DNA from: Rhina ancylostomus
Lineage: Eukaryota
Reading direction: 5' to 3'
Assembly: GCA_030265395.1 (NCBI GenBank)
Contig: JARFYF010000055.1
Span: 28,451,211 to 28,515,210, forward strand
Length of the DNA stretch: 64,000 bases
Shown here piece after piece: positions 1-12,590 of the stretch (position 1 is the stretch's first letter; every line of letters begins with the position of its first letter). Below the pieces are notes generated by a model. The model made no database searches, had not been told where the DNA came from, and worked only from the letters and a program-made list of their open reading frames with translations. Both the position numbers and the translations under genes were made by a program.

Positions 1-680
1 TCTATAGCTCCCTGAAAGTGGCTACACAGGTTGATAAGGTGGTAAAGAAGGCATATGGTGTACTTGCCTTTTATTAGTCGAGGAACTGAGTTCAAGAGTC
101 AGGAAGTTATGTTGCAGCTTTATAAGATTCTAGTTAGACAGCATCTGGAGTATTGCATTCAGTTCTGGTTTCCTCATTACAGGAAGGATGTGGAGGCTTT
201 GGAGAGGGTGCAAAAGAGGTTTACCAGGATGCTGCCTGGATTAGAGGGCATGTGCTGTCAGGAGAGTTTGGACAAACTTGAGTTGTTTTCTCTGGAGTGG
301 TGGAGGCTGAGGGGTGATCTGATAGAAGTTTATAAGATTGAGAGCTATAGATCGAGTAGACAGCCAGTATCTTTCTCCCAGGGTTGAAATATTGAATTCT
401 AAAGTGTGCATTTAAGGTGAGAGGGGGTAAGTTCAAAAGAAATGTGCGGGGCAAGTTTTTAACAGAGTGGTGGGTGCCTGGAATGCACTGCCAGGGGTGG
501 AGGCAAATATGATAGAGGCTCTTAGATAGGCACGTGAATAAGTAGGAAATGGAAGGATATGGACATTGAGTCAGCAGAAGGTATTAGTTTCGTTGGGCAT
601 TTGATTACGTCTAATTAGTTCAACACAATATCGTGGGCTGAAGGGCCTGTTCCTAGGCTGCACTGTTCTGTGTTCCATGT
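1..680 (+). mobile_element. CR1 LINE, 3' end of ORF2 plus 3' tail
   Basis: LQLYKILVRQHLEYCIQFW.PHYRKDVEALERVQKRFTRMLPGLEG is the CR1 ORF2 C-terminal signature; ends in the tail gggctgaagggcctgttcc…tgttctgtgttc. Confidence 0.92.
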
Positions 681-729
681 AATTAGGGATTTGTACAATT
701 ATTATAATGTAAGAACAGGTAGAACTAAC

Positions 730-1035
730 TGCCTCTCAGCTCCAGAGACCCAGCTTCAGTCCTGACTTCCAGTGCTGTCTGTGCAAAGTTTGGACATTCT
801 TCTGGTGACTGTGGGTTTCCACCAGTGCTCTTTTCCTCCCTAAGACATGCTGTTTGGCCAGAGAATTGGCCACTGTAAATTGCCATTTGTGTGCTGGTGA
901 GTGGTAGGAAAATCAGGGCAGAGTTAATGGGCACGTAAGGGAGAATAGGTTACATGGAAATAAGTGGGGAAGTGGGACTGCTGAGAGTTTGCATGAAATT
1001 GATGGGCTGAATAGCTCCCTTCCATACCATGTGGG
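730..1035 (+). mobile_element. V-SINE-type tRNA-derived SINE, old copy
   Basis: Central V-domain-like tract gtgcaaagtttggacattcttctggtgactgtgggtttccaccagtgctc…cctccc; CR1-like tail gatgggctgaatagctcc. Confidence 0.7.
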
Positions 1036-1104
1036 AGTAAGAGAAATATGAAAAAAATAACCTTAGACCTCTCTTTAAAATATCCTAGATTATACAAAGG
1101 CATT

Positions 1105-1192
1105 AAAACAGAAAATATTGGAAACAATCAGCAGATCAGGCAGCCTCTATGGAAAAGAAGCAGAATTAGTTTTTCACATTGAAGACCCTCCA
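1105..1192 (-). mobile_element. Penelope-like element terminal (pLTR) fragment
   Basis: aaaacagaaaatattggaaacaatcagcagatcaggcagcctctatggaaaagaagcaga… matches the PLE-end family at 23960, 32612 and 42236. Confidence 0.6.
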
Positions 1193-1744
1193 ACAGGACC
1201 TGTTACATTAGGACAAATAGATGTTCTTTGACCCTTGTGCCTGGCAAGAGCCCCATGACTTCACTTCTTGAATCACACTGAGGCAGTCATCATTCATTAT
1301 ACAATGAGCCAAAAACCAGGAACATTTGTGTGCTAAATTTTAAAGCACAAGAGATTAAACTACTGGCAATGTTGTGTGTGAGTAATTTAAATATAATTAC
1401 CTTGTTTGTTAGGTTGTCCTAGGAAGCAGCATAATATGGATTATCATTTCAATGAAAGATTTCATTATCTGGATTCTGGAGGTGACTTGCTATTTGATTA
1501 TAAGCTTGAAGTATCTCTTCAAATGAAAACAAGGCTGGAAGTCTCTCCTTGGTCACTAGATTTAAATATGCAATAGCGTGCTGGATGTGCATTGTCATCA
1601 AGTTTGAAATTTGGTGTCATTTATTTTGCACACCCCCACACTGCATATTTAACTTGCGGGACCAAAGATGAAACTCTCTATCCAAAGGATCTTCAGAAAC
1701 AGGGCCAAAGTGACTAAATAGTCTTTCTTTTCATACGTCAGTCT

Positions 1745-1990
1745 GCTGAGCCATGAGACCATTGGGTTATCATAGCATCCCCTCTCCCTCATTAAAGACC
1801 TAGAGGGAAGGAAATTTGCCATCTATATTCGGTCAGGACAATGTGTGACTCCAGACCCACCAATGTGTTGACTGTTGGTTGCCCTGTAGAATGGGCAAAG
1901 AATCACTCACTGGAGGGAGCAATTAAGGAAAGATGATAAATGCCAGCCTTGCTAATGGTGACCCCATCTCAGAAAGGAATAAATAATAAA
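1745..1990 (+). mobile_element. Old SINE fragment (agggaaggaaa…gtgactccagacc family)
   Basis: Shares agggaaggaa…gtgactccagac…caatta(a/g)gg…taaa.gc..gcc.tgct… with a second copy at 35475-35640; A-rich end. Confidence 0.6.
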
Positions 1991-2444
1991 AATTCTCAAA
2001 GCCATTTATATTGTCCAATTGCTATTTTATTTAAAATAATTCCACAAGTTCTTTTTTGAGGATGTGCTCCGCCTGGTTTTCCTTCTTATTCCCAATTTAT
2101 GGTCTCCAAGATGAAACTCCATCACGAGAATGAGCAATTAATCTGGATCAATGTTGTCAATTCTCTTCATACATTCCTGACAACTTCCATTAGATCACAT
2201 TCAAGTCTTTGAATTCCAATATAATAAGCAAAACTTCTGCAATCTTTCCTCATAATTACATTCTTCATTCTTAATATCATCCTTGTGACTTGTCTTTAAA
2301 GTAATTTTACCCTTCCTCCTATTTCATGAACTGAATAATGTTTTTTTTCTGGATGTGGTATGATATGTGCTGGACACAACAATAATATCATAACCCTTTG
2401 ATTTGTACTTGCTCTTTCTTGAATGCAAATAGCTCAGAACACAA

Positions 2445-2716
2445 GTAATATGCTGGCATTTAATGTGTACCATTGAGTACAAGATTAAAGCTACCTTATT
2501 GCAATTACATCACTCTGGTGAGAGACCACACCTGAAACACTGTGTGTAGGTTTGGTCTCCCCACCTAAGGAAGGATAAACTTGTGATAGAGGGAGTACAA
2601 TGAAAGTTCACTAGAATAATGCTTCCAGTGTGGATTTATTATTAGGAAAGAACAGACCAGGCCTGTACTCCCTCTTTTAGAAGAGAGTTGATGTCATTGA
2701 AATATAATTCTTATAT
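2445..2716 (+). mobile_element. Decayed CR1 fragment running into an N gap
   Basis: gaccacacctgaaacactgtgtgtaggtttggtctccccacctaaggaaggata is the CR1 'RPHLEYCVQFWSP.L.KD' region. Confidence 0.75.
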
Positions 2717-3572
2717 NNNNNNNNNNNNNNNNNNNNNNNNNNNNNNNNNNNNNNNNNNNNNNNNNNNNNNNNNNNNNNNNNNNNNNNNNNNNNNNNNNNN
2801 NNNNNNNNNNNNNNNNCCAAATGAATTGCTTCTAGTTATAAGAGATGGCATGAGGTCAGGTATCCAGTTCTTCTGAGGTGGGCTGGTCCTTCTTAGATTG
2901 TGTTGTTTATATGCCTGACACCAGAATCCCAAAACATTCTGACATTAGGGGAATGTTGGAAGTATCCTCTCTTCAGACTGTCCTGAGCTCTGTCAGTTTG
3001 ATATGTCCAGGAGGACAGAGGAAAAGATTAAAAGATATGCACAAAGCCTCTTTGGAAAATTCAATATTCCCATTGGTTATGGGCCAGGATATTCCTGAGA
3101 GTCAAAGTGGAGAAGGAGCACTTGGAATAATCTCAGATCCATTCTTTGGGAATGCACAAAACCCTATATAAAAGGCAGAAGGAGCTCACACTTCACAAAC
3201 AACCATCTGTCCTTCCCATCAGGCTTCTCCTACTCCATCTGTGATTGAGTCTACAGGTCCCACATTGACCTCACCAGTCACCTCGAGTGACAAAACGAGG
3301 GTGGAAGCAAGTTCTCCTCAATCCTGAGGTGCTGGTTAAAAAGAAGGAAATAGTGAGGCACTGTATCAGTCGGAAGAAATGAATGCCTAAATATTTATGT
3401 GGGTAGTTTGACTCTATCCAAAGTTGTGAACTTAAAATCTGATAATTGTGATTTTGAGAAGTTCTCATTCAGGGTCACCCATTCACATACTTTAAACACA
3501 GAGAAAGCTAGCAACAGGTTTAAAAGTATTGAGCTAAGTTAATGAGATCATGGTTAATCGAGTTTTGGCCCT

Positions 3573-3801
3573 GGGCGGCACGGTAGTGTAGCAGTTAGCA
3601 GAACACTATTACAGCACCAGCGATCAGGGTTTGATTCCCGTCACTGTAAGGAGTTTGTACATTCTCCTGTGTCTGTGTTGGTTTCCTCCGGGTGCTCCGG
3701 TTTGCACCCACATTCCAAAGACGTATGGGTAGGTTAATTTGAGGTTTAAGATGGGTGGCACAGACTCGTTGGGCTGGAAGGGCCTGTTACCACGCTGTAA
3801 T
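3573..3801 (+). mobile_element. V-SINE (HE1-like), relatively young, near full length
   Basis: tRNA-like head ggcggcacggtagtgtagcagttagc, B-box-like gggtttgattccc, V domain ggagtttgtacattctcc…gtttcctccgggtgctccggttt…ccacattccaaagacgt, CR1-type tail gggctggaagggcctgttaccacgctgta. Confidence 0.88.
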
Positions 3802-6499
3802 TAAAAGAAAATCTGGTTAATAAAATCCATTAACTTCAAATTAAAAAATAATTGACTGAACACCAAAGAGAGAATTGCAATGAAGAATTCCAAACTACCT
3901 TCCCCTGTATAGTAAGGAATTCGGAAAACATTGAGGGATGGCTGGGCAAGTGCAAAAGGTGAAAGGAACAGAGGGATATTTGTGGTAGATATTTACTAAT
4001 AAGAGTGGAGGAGGGTTGTGTAGAGCATAAACACCATCATAGACCAGTTCTACACATGTTTGTAGGTCAAAGTTTTGCTGCCATAAATGTGGAGCAAAAT
4101 TGGATGTGAGGTTATTGCCTTTCCTATGGGGAAAATACTGTTTGTTTTAAGCTCCAGACAAATATCAGGAGAACATTGAAAGTGTCCTCTTTTCAAAATC
4201 TCTTTAAATATTGACACACTCCTTGTGACTTCTTGCAAATGATGACAGCCTTCCAACAATCTACTGTCATCATAGTTTAAAGACATTGACAGCCACTGAA
4301 AGGAAAATAAGCCTGTAAAAACACGGACAACTACACCATAGAACAAAGTGATTCTGTCCGTCAGATGTGTGTGACCATCTTGATAAAGCATTAAGACAAT
4401 ATCACTATCACAAAATCTCCATATAATAAAACATTTGAAGTATTTTAATGTTCATTAATTTTCTTGCTTTTTTTACTTTTGTGGTGATTTTTAAGTGATA
4501 AACCCTCGTCTAATTTCCCAGTCGAAGATCCATCAAAATTCTTCATTTAAAAACATTTAGTTCATCTAACCCTGGCATCTCATAGTTGCTATCATTCTGA
4601 TAAACTCCTTCTATACACTTTACAGAGAATTACACTGAATATCCAGCACGAACCAGGCCATTCATCCCATTCTGCCTATGTCTGCATTCTAACTTCCTTC
4701 CTTAGCCCCAGTTCCCTTCTTTCTTCCAATCTAGTTTCCCCTTGGATATATTTGCACTATTCACTTCAATCTCTCCTCATGGGAGCAGGCTCCATATTCT
4801 CAAGATATTGGGCAAATAAGTTTCTTGAGTTCCTATTTCTAGATGAGTATCTTATATTGATGCGTTCTACATGTGTTTTTCCTTGCTCCTTCTTGATCTT
4901 TTTCTGTGCTTATCAGTTTCTGTGGATTCAATGTCATTTCTATAATAAGGTATGCATTAGTTAACTGTTGTCTAGAAGCAACAGATATAATGTGCTGCTG
5001 AGTCAACAATCAAAAAATATCACAGGGAATGTGGAATTATTGAGACCTGTTCAGCTCAAAGCCTGTAGGAACAAACAATAGCCTGTGAGGTTACTGCTCT
5101 TCAAATCATTGTCGACAGACATCTATAACTGACAAAGGATTAATCAGACTCCTGTATGAATTCCATTGATGTTAGTCAGGCAGCTAACTTTTCAAAAAAC
5201 ACATTCCCAATTTAAAGGAGACAAAGGGACTAACTGAGAGTGTAAGAAGTTGGTTATCGGCTCATACGATATGAACAAACTATGATGCTTCAGCCAGAGA
5301 GAATACTGAGTGCTTCTGTGGAACTGTGAGCTCATGGAAACTAGCTGATTGATACACAACCTCAATCTAACAAGTGTATAACAATTTCAGAGCTTACCTC
5401 TTAGCCTGGGTTCCAATGATTGGCATAAAGGCCATGGACACTTTGTAAATGAAGATGAGAAATGATGGAAATCTGCCCATATGGCTTGCACTGCATGCCC
5501 ACCAGTGACTTAGAACCAAGTGACCCAGTGCCTTAATCTAACCTTTCTTTCATGGCTGTATCAGTTGATGCAGACTAAGGCAAGCGATTGTTTGGAATCC
5601 AACTACATTCCAATATTCCACTAACCACATCAGTGAATTCTTAAAAAAAGCAAAATAGATTTGTTACATGCATCCTTTCTCAGGTTTGTTGACCACATGA
5701 ACTAATGTGCTCATAGCTCAAGACCTGAACTTGCAGGATGTCTGTTGGAAAATGTACCAATATGTATAGACATTGTATCCAGAGAGTGTCCATGATTGCT
5801 TGGGAATTTTAGCATGGGTGAGAATGTAGCCTGAGAAAGACTTTCAGGTCTTACAGAGGAGGATGTGGGCAGCCAACCTAGTTCGAAATGGCAAGTGGCC
5901 ATTTCAGTGAATTACTAGGACTGGGACCTATGAATGTGTGTTTCCCAGCTCTGGGGAAAACCAGCAGATACAGCAAGGTGACTGCTGCCTGTACCAGAAG
6001 GTAAGTGAGATTGTTGTGCTACTTGTGGGCCAGAAGAGNNNNNNNNNNGCATTGACTGATATCACCGGCACTACTACCTGACCTCCCCCACCAGGCATTG
6101 ATCCCAGAACACTAAGCTCTCCCACCATTCTTCCCAAGGAATCAGTCAACACCTCTGACTGGAAACCAGCCATGCTGCACAAAGATCAGAGACCAGAGAC
6201 TGCCCTGTACCCTCTCTCAATCAGGCTGTTTCACACTCCCATCCCTTGGAAGCCATGGTTTGAACCCATAGCCTGGCTCACACACAGGCCCATGTTATAG
6301 ATTGGACCTCCCTTGTCCCATAGCCTCTTCTGGAATGCTTTCTGCCTTAATAGGAGCCATCCCTGGCTCTTAAACAGACTTGTATATTGATGTGTAAGGA
6401 AGAGGGATTTCCACAACTTGCAGATTTCTGTCTAGTACTCCACCCCAAACTCTTCCCATAGCCCATCTCAGTAAATTTCTGTTGTGGTCTTTTATGCAG

Positions 6500-6613
6500 G
6501 TTGGAACCTGGGACCCAGTCAATGGCTTAAATATCACAGAGATTTCCAGAAGCAGAGGATCCAACATAACTGATTCACTGACAAACCGCTCACTGATTGT
6601 GACAACGATCCTG
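6500..6613 (+). CDS. GRIK3: Kainate receptor (GluK1-3 group, probably GluK3) internal coding exon, ATD-LBD linker and start of S1; 114 bp, phase 0-0
   Basis: Acceptor ttttatgcag|G at 6499/6500, donor CTG|gtaggt at 6613/6614. Translates [38 protein letters not shown], the kainate-receptor ...[15 protein letters not shown] motif with three N-glycosylation sequons (NIT, NIT, NRS). Exon call is firm; paralogue assignment is less certain (~0.6). Confidence 0.93.
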
Positions 6614-7379
6614 GTAGGTGACACTACTACAGATTTCCTCTTTTCACCTGACTGGTTAGAATTTGAAGCAGGATTCCATGTTGCTTGACATCACTTCCAA
6701 TCTGGGAATTAAAGTGGGTCTTAAATTCCCACTGGCAGGATACAAATCTTTGTTTAATGTCAAACTTTTCAATCTGTAACATTTCCAAAAATAGAACCTT
6801 TATTTTCCTCTAAGTCCATTGCTCAAGGAATCTTGTCAATTTCATTAAAATTTGAAATGATAAAACTATTATTCATACTATTACACAGCATAAATATTCC
6901 TATATTAGCTGAATGAGTCAATAACTGTACAAAGTTTACAATGACACTTACTAAATTGTCCTGTTGTGAACAAATGGAAATAGGAGGAAGCTGAATTATT
7001 CCAAAATCAATCATTTAGTTCAATGTTCATTTCATAGGCTCATATAGTTTCCACAGAATCACTTTGCTTATTGGTCACCCTTAGTAGAACAGAGGGAACT
7101 ATACCTAGATGAAGACTGAAGACAGTAAGTACAAATAACTGCAGACATATTATGGTGCTTGGAGGCCTCATCCCCATTCATTATTATTTGCCACGTTTAG
7201 TCTGGATATGAATTCTACGTCTTCTAAAGATCCATAGATTCTAATTCCAATAGAACCTTGTACATTCTTGCTGAAGGGATTTTTTTCTTACTGACAAGAG
7301 ACATGTTTTAGCAATTTTTCATGGATATTAGAAGATAGTTAGAGCTGGTTCTTTGAAATGCCCATTTAATTCTTTCCTC

Positions 7380-7800
7380 CGTCCTTGCCCCATATCCTAC
7401 AATATCATTTTCAATTATTTACTTGCTTGCTTTTGTCACTACCCCTGGTAGAACATCCCAACTTCTCCTTTAGCCAATTCCTTCTACTTTCCCTTTTGTT
7501 CTTTTAAAATTGACTTTCACCTTGCGTGTTCTGGTTACCAATTCACCTGCCGAAAGAAATATTTTCTCAATTTTATCAAAATCACCCATCACTTTGAACA
7601 CCTTGATCAAATATTCTCTTAGATTTCTGTATCCCAATGAAAAAACTCCAGTATTACCATCTCTTTTCACAATATAATCATTTGTCCCTTTTTATAATCA
7701 TAGTAAATCTCCTTCATATTGCCTTTTGGAGATTCACCTACTTAAAAGTAAGATGCACAAAACTGGTACAATATTCTGACTGCACGTCCTAACTCTCCCT
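7380..7800 (-). mobile_element. Decayed CR1 fragment
   Basis: Minus-strand ORF remnant GVFSLGYRNLREYLIKVFKVMGDFDK resembles CR1 'GLFSLE.RRLRGDLIEVYKIM.G.D'. Confidence 0.7.
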
Positions 7801-8399
7801 TGCTTTCTCTTGATCAAAGTTTTACAAGATATATCTATGTTGCCTCCTTTATTCTCCTTAATTTAATTTCCCCAACATTGAACTTTAATGTACAAAATTG
7901 TTTATCTTGCAGAAGCCATTCAGTCCGACAATAAATTGTTGATACTGTTTCTTTAAGCCCAGGTGCACATCTAGTTTTTTATGTTCTCATAAGTGCAGGG
8001 ATCCCAATAAAGGCGAGTGGGCTGGACCAGGGTAATGAAGGCACAGGCCATATCAAAGTGGCAAGTTCTAGTGGGACTGAATCTCCAGTCAAGAGAACAA
8101 CAAACACAAGAGGGATAATTATCCCACTGCCCACAAACTGACAGCCCAACCCAAGCTGCCAATTGTCATCAAACAATCTGTCTTTTGGCAATTCTTTGGG
8201 AGAAAGGGAGGGAGGCAGTGTCATTAAGAGCCCTTCTCTGGATCCATTGTCAGGAACTGATTAGTAGCTTTAAGGTCCAGTGAAGGGAAATTTGAATAGA
8301 CTCTCTGGCTCTCAGAATGAACACGCCACACTCATGCTGCATGAAGTAAGAACATTCATAAGGGGCTGATAGCTGATAATTAACATTCACCCAACACAA

Positions 8400-8820
8400 G
8401 GGCAACAGTTAGAAAATCTACCACATGATATTCAAGGGCACAACATAACCTTCACTGAATCACACACCATCAACACCTTAGATACCATCATTGACCCATA
8501 ACTTAATTTAGAACTGCCACATAATTAATACTGTTAAATGAGGTCAGAGGCTGGCTGCCTTGATTTTCTACCAATTACAAATTAATAGTTGGTATGGTGG
8601 AAATCTCAACACCTACCTCCTTGAGTGCAGCTCAAACAACACTTACAAATCTCTGCACCATCCAAGGCAAAATAGCCTGCTTAACAGGCAACCCCATCCT
8701 CCAACATCCCATACATCTACCCCCTCTACCCCGCTGGTGTATTGTGGCTGCAGTGTGCACTATCTACAAATGTGTGGCTTCAACTTGTCTAAACTATTTT
8801 GTCCACAAGTTCTACCACCT
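8400..8820 (+). mobile_element. Decayed CR1/L2-clade LINE ORF2 fragment
   Basis: SAAQTTLTNLCTIQGKIACL…RWCIVAAVCTIYK is a LINE ORF2 C-terminal remnant; a related minus-strand copy lies at 54330-54705. Confidence 0.55.
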
Positions 8821-8839
8821 TGACCTTGAGAGGAGTGCA

Positions 8840-9320
8840 ATCATTCTTGATGATGTTTGCCCACACAGCTGCCTTACACAGGACTGTGCTCTATGGGCTG
8901 TCCCCAGAGATACATACTGAGTCAAATGTCAACTACTGCTGGATGATCATCAACCTAATAGAAGATACTTTGTCAAAAACTTATTGGTCTTTCAGTGCAA
9001 GGAGATATCTGCAAGCAAATGGTGCCCACTGGCACATTCCAAGGTGAAGGAATGTGTTGAGGAATTCACTGAAGCTCTGTGTTGTCACTGCAAAGGCTCT
9101 GTCAGGAAAGATCAGTCTGGTGTCCTGTCACCCCTGGACACTGAAGGTCTTGGCCATGTGTAACAGCCTCTCAAACACTTGGTGATGTGATGTTTAAGTA
9201 TGAAATATTAGTGATGTTAACCTATTATCAGGAAGGATATTGAATTAATTGGTGCAATGAATGTAGATAGACATGTCCTGAATGTATTTACTGCACATGC
9301 TATGAATAAAATATTTTGGG
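8840..9320 (+). mobile_element. Tx1/L1-clade LINE 3' fragment
   Basis: TVLYGLSPEIHTESNVNYCWMIINLIEDTL…HSKV resembles the Tx1-type ORF2 C-terminus as recalled; ends near tatgaataaaatattttg. Confidence 0.55.
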
Positions 9321-10054
9321 AGTGAAAATCTACCATTTAGAAAGGCCAGGACAACATGTATGTGGAGACATCATCTAGAAGACCATCTCCAAATAACAAA
9401 GTCTCCAGACTTTGTGTCGGTGTACATCGATTTTTTTTTTTTGCTTATCTCTGTTTAATCTTTGCTATTAGGGTCAAAACTCACATCCTAACATCACAAG
9501 CAGTACCCTGCCATACTTACTGTATGACAGTGAAGGTGTAGGAGTAAGCCAGAGCTGGATATTAATTTGAAGTTGTATTGAGGGAAAAGTTGGATTAGAA
9601 CAACCATATTGTCACCCGAGTACCAATGGAAATGTACTCCATGATGGTAACACACAATTTTCAGCATGGTCTTTTTGAGGGTGCTGTGCCAATGGGTGGG
9701 GCTTTCTTTCCAACAGGTCTGTGTTGTCAGTTCAGTACTATAATGCCCCCCTCCTACAAGAGAGAAGGAAGTGTGTCACCAGATGTATTGCAATGTGTGA
9801 GGATGATGTGCCAGCCATGATAGAATAGTTGGCAGTGAAAGTCACTTGTGGGTGGTGGGATCTGAATGCTGGTAAGGTGAGGGTATGGTAAACATACAAA
9901 TAGTCAAGGGGAGTTGTAATTCGCACATATTGTTGTGTGAGTGGTGTTGTTTTCATGGAGCAGTATACAAAGCTCTAAATCATTTAAGACCTGTGGAAAT
10001 GGCCTTAAAATATCACATTGTATCATTGAGTTGTTTAATTGATGTAGGATTGTC

Positions 10055-10785
10055 AACATAGAACAGTACAGCACTGAACAGGCCATTTGGCCCACAATGT
10101 TGTGCCAATCTTGATGCCTGTTACTCCAAGCACAATTTCCCTCCTCTATCCTTGAGTGGTCCTACCCTATCTGCTTTTTCTTTATATCAATATAAAAAGC
10201 CTTGGGCTTCCCCTTGATCCTGCTTGTCAAGGACATGTGTGGTCCCTTTTGGCCTTCCCGATTGCCTGCTTGAGCACTTTCCTGTTATCTTTACATTCTG
10301 CATGGATCCCGTCTGATTTTAGCTTCCTAGACCTTGTGTGTGTTTCCCTTTTCTTCCTGACTAAACTTGGGACTCGGTCATCCAAGGTTAGCTTACCATC
10401 CTTGTCCTTACTCCTTAATGGAACATGCCAATCCTGAACTCTGATCATCTGGTCTTTAGACAACTCTGCTTGGACTTTGTCTGACAGCAGCTGCTCCCAA
10501 TTAATGCCCCTTAGCTACTGATTTATCCTGTCATAATTTGCCCTTTATCAATTTAGTACCTTCCTACAAGATCCGATTTTTATCGTTACTCATAGCTATC
10601 TGAAAACATAATGAGTTGTGGTAATTATTCCCAAAATGTTCACCTATTATCAGGTCTGTTGCCTGGCCTGGCTCATTTCTCAAGGTTCAGTATATCTTCT
10701 CCTGTAGTTGGACGGACTGTCTACACACTGTTTCAAGAACCCCTCTTGGATACATTGAAGAAATCCTGCCCCATCTAAACCTCTT
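10055..10785 (-). mobile_element. CR1: 3' tail (10055-10150) adjoining an endonuclease/linker region fragment (10200-10785)
   Basis: Tail acatagaacagtacagcactgaacaggcc; reverse complement reads GLDGAGFLQCIQEGFLKQCV…GEHFGNNYHNS and RKVLKQAIGKAKRDH. Confidence 0.8.
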
Positions 10786-12259
10786 AGTTATTGATATATA
10801 GACATTGTTTAAATGTTATCTATCAGTGTCTGGTGGCTAAAATATTGAGAACAACTTGAAAAACTTTCCTGAACTAGGACAACCAGAATAATCTTATAAA
10901 TTGGATTTGGGTCTGAGCCAGTGCCTGAAATGGCTATATTCAATATTATGCCACTTAAAATAAAAGAATGGAAACTCAAACGTTTGTTCTTCTGGTAAAG
11001 ATTTCAATTTCAGAAAGGCAATGCTTTTTGCACTGCCTTATACACATTGCACAGATTATATAAGCAGAAGGAAATAGGTGAAATTCTTCAAGAATGTTGA
11101 AAAAAAATTACACTTCAGAAGATATTGTAAATACAGTTTCTATTTTGTCAAAGTTGCATTTCTAAGACATGTGCTGTGGATTATTAAACCTTCTGCTCAG
11201 ATGGAAGTGTAGGTTTAACAGAGAGTGAGGAAAATATTTCACATATCCCTGAAGTAATCTACAGGCCATAAGCCTTTGAAATTGAGAGCACCCTCAGTGG
11301 AAGTGCCGGTGTTGAATCTATTATTTTTCTGAAGAGTTGCCTGAATGGGATGCCCTGTTTATTTTCAGTGTCAAATTTTCTATTACAATGTGAACCTGCA
11401 GTTAACAGATCTCATCAAATAAAATAGGGACACCTTCAGAGAAAAATGTATTGATTATAGTCATCTCGGTAAGTATGGCAGAGGTTGTGAAGGAAAACAT
11501 CAATTCCAGTAATTCGGTAAAACCCAATTCTGCTGCAAAGAGCCACAATTAATCATTGTCTTAGTGAAATGTAATGCAGCAATAGGAAGGCAGGGTAATA
11601 ATAAGCAGGTTAGCAACCTCAGTAGAGTTTGACACGAATACAATTCCTGCACTAATTAATCTGATAGAATGAGAGATGCCTTATCGATGAATTTAATGCA
11701 TTCTTGTGAGGATGATTGAGCACAGTATTGCTTTAATAGATGCTCTAAATTCAAACTTCTCATGGTACAGGGTGTTTTCAACAACAAGGTTAGTGATAGA
11801 AGAATCAAGGAACTATTTACACAGTACCAAATTGTGAAGCCAAAGCACCCCATTCCTTCTTAGGAAGTTAGAGGAAGAAATGTGTTATTAAACAGTAACA
11901 GTAAACACAAATTTATTTGCTGCTGTTTTCACAGAGGTGGGAAGCTTTTATGTAGAAGGCAATTTCACTGTGTCTGGGAGATGCTTAGTTGTGATAATGC
12001 AATTATTCAGATTTGAAGTTTTTGGGAGTGCAAGTTGGACCTTTGGATAGTGGCTTTCATGTTTACTTTATCCTTACTTCCATGGGCTTCTATACCATGA
12101 GGTCTATGATCCTTCAGATCCAAAGACAGATTTGAGGCACCCCACCAGCATTTAAAGAGCTACCCTCGAGGACAGCTGGAGGCAACAAACATTACCAGGT
12201 TTACGTTAGCAAAAGCAGACTCGAGCAGCATTTATTGCTTTCACTGAATCATTGTTCAG

Positions 12260-12590
12260 TCATAGAAAGATACAGTAAGGACCTGCTGCCCACTGAGTCC
12301 ACACCAACCATCAGCTGGCCATTTACATTCATTCAGTATTAATCACATTGTTCTTTATTCTTCCCACATTCTCATCAACTCTTCCCAGATTCTACCACCT
12401 CACTTGCACACGAGGGGCTATTCACCGTGGCCAATTAATCTACCAATCTGATCTTCTTTGAGATGTGGTAGGAAACCAGATCACCCGGAAGACACTCGTA
12501 CGGTCACAGGGAGAATGTGCAAACTCCACACACCCCAAGATCAGGATGGAACCCAGATCTGTGAGGCATTGGCTTTACTTGCTGCGCCCT
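12260..12590 (-). mobile_element. V-SINE-type SINE
   Basis: ggaaaccagatcacccggaagacactcgtacggtcacagggagaatgtgcaaactccacac is the reverse complement of the V domain. Confidence 0.75.

Noticed and set aside
3271-3468. Minus-strand ORF containing 'TSGLR', reminiscent of the preceding GRIK exon
   Set aside because: Wrong strand, only five residues match, no splice context.
3573-3645. tRNA-like sequence with A/B boxes
   Set aside because: Head of a tRNA-derived SINE; no complete cloverleaf, and it continues into the V domain.
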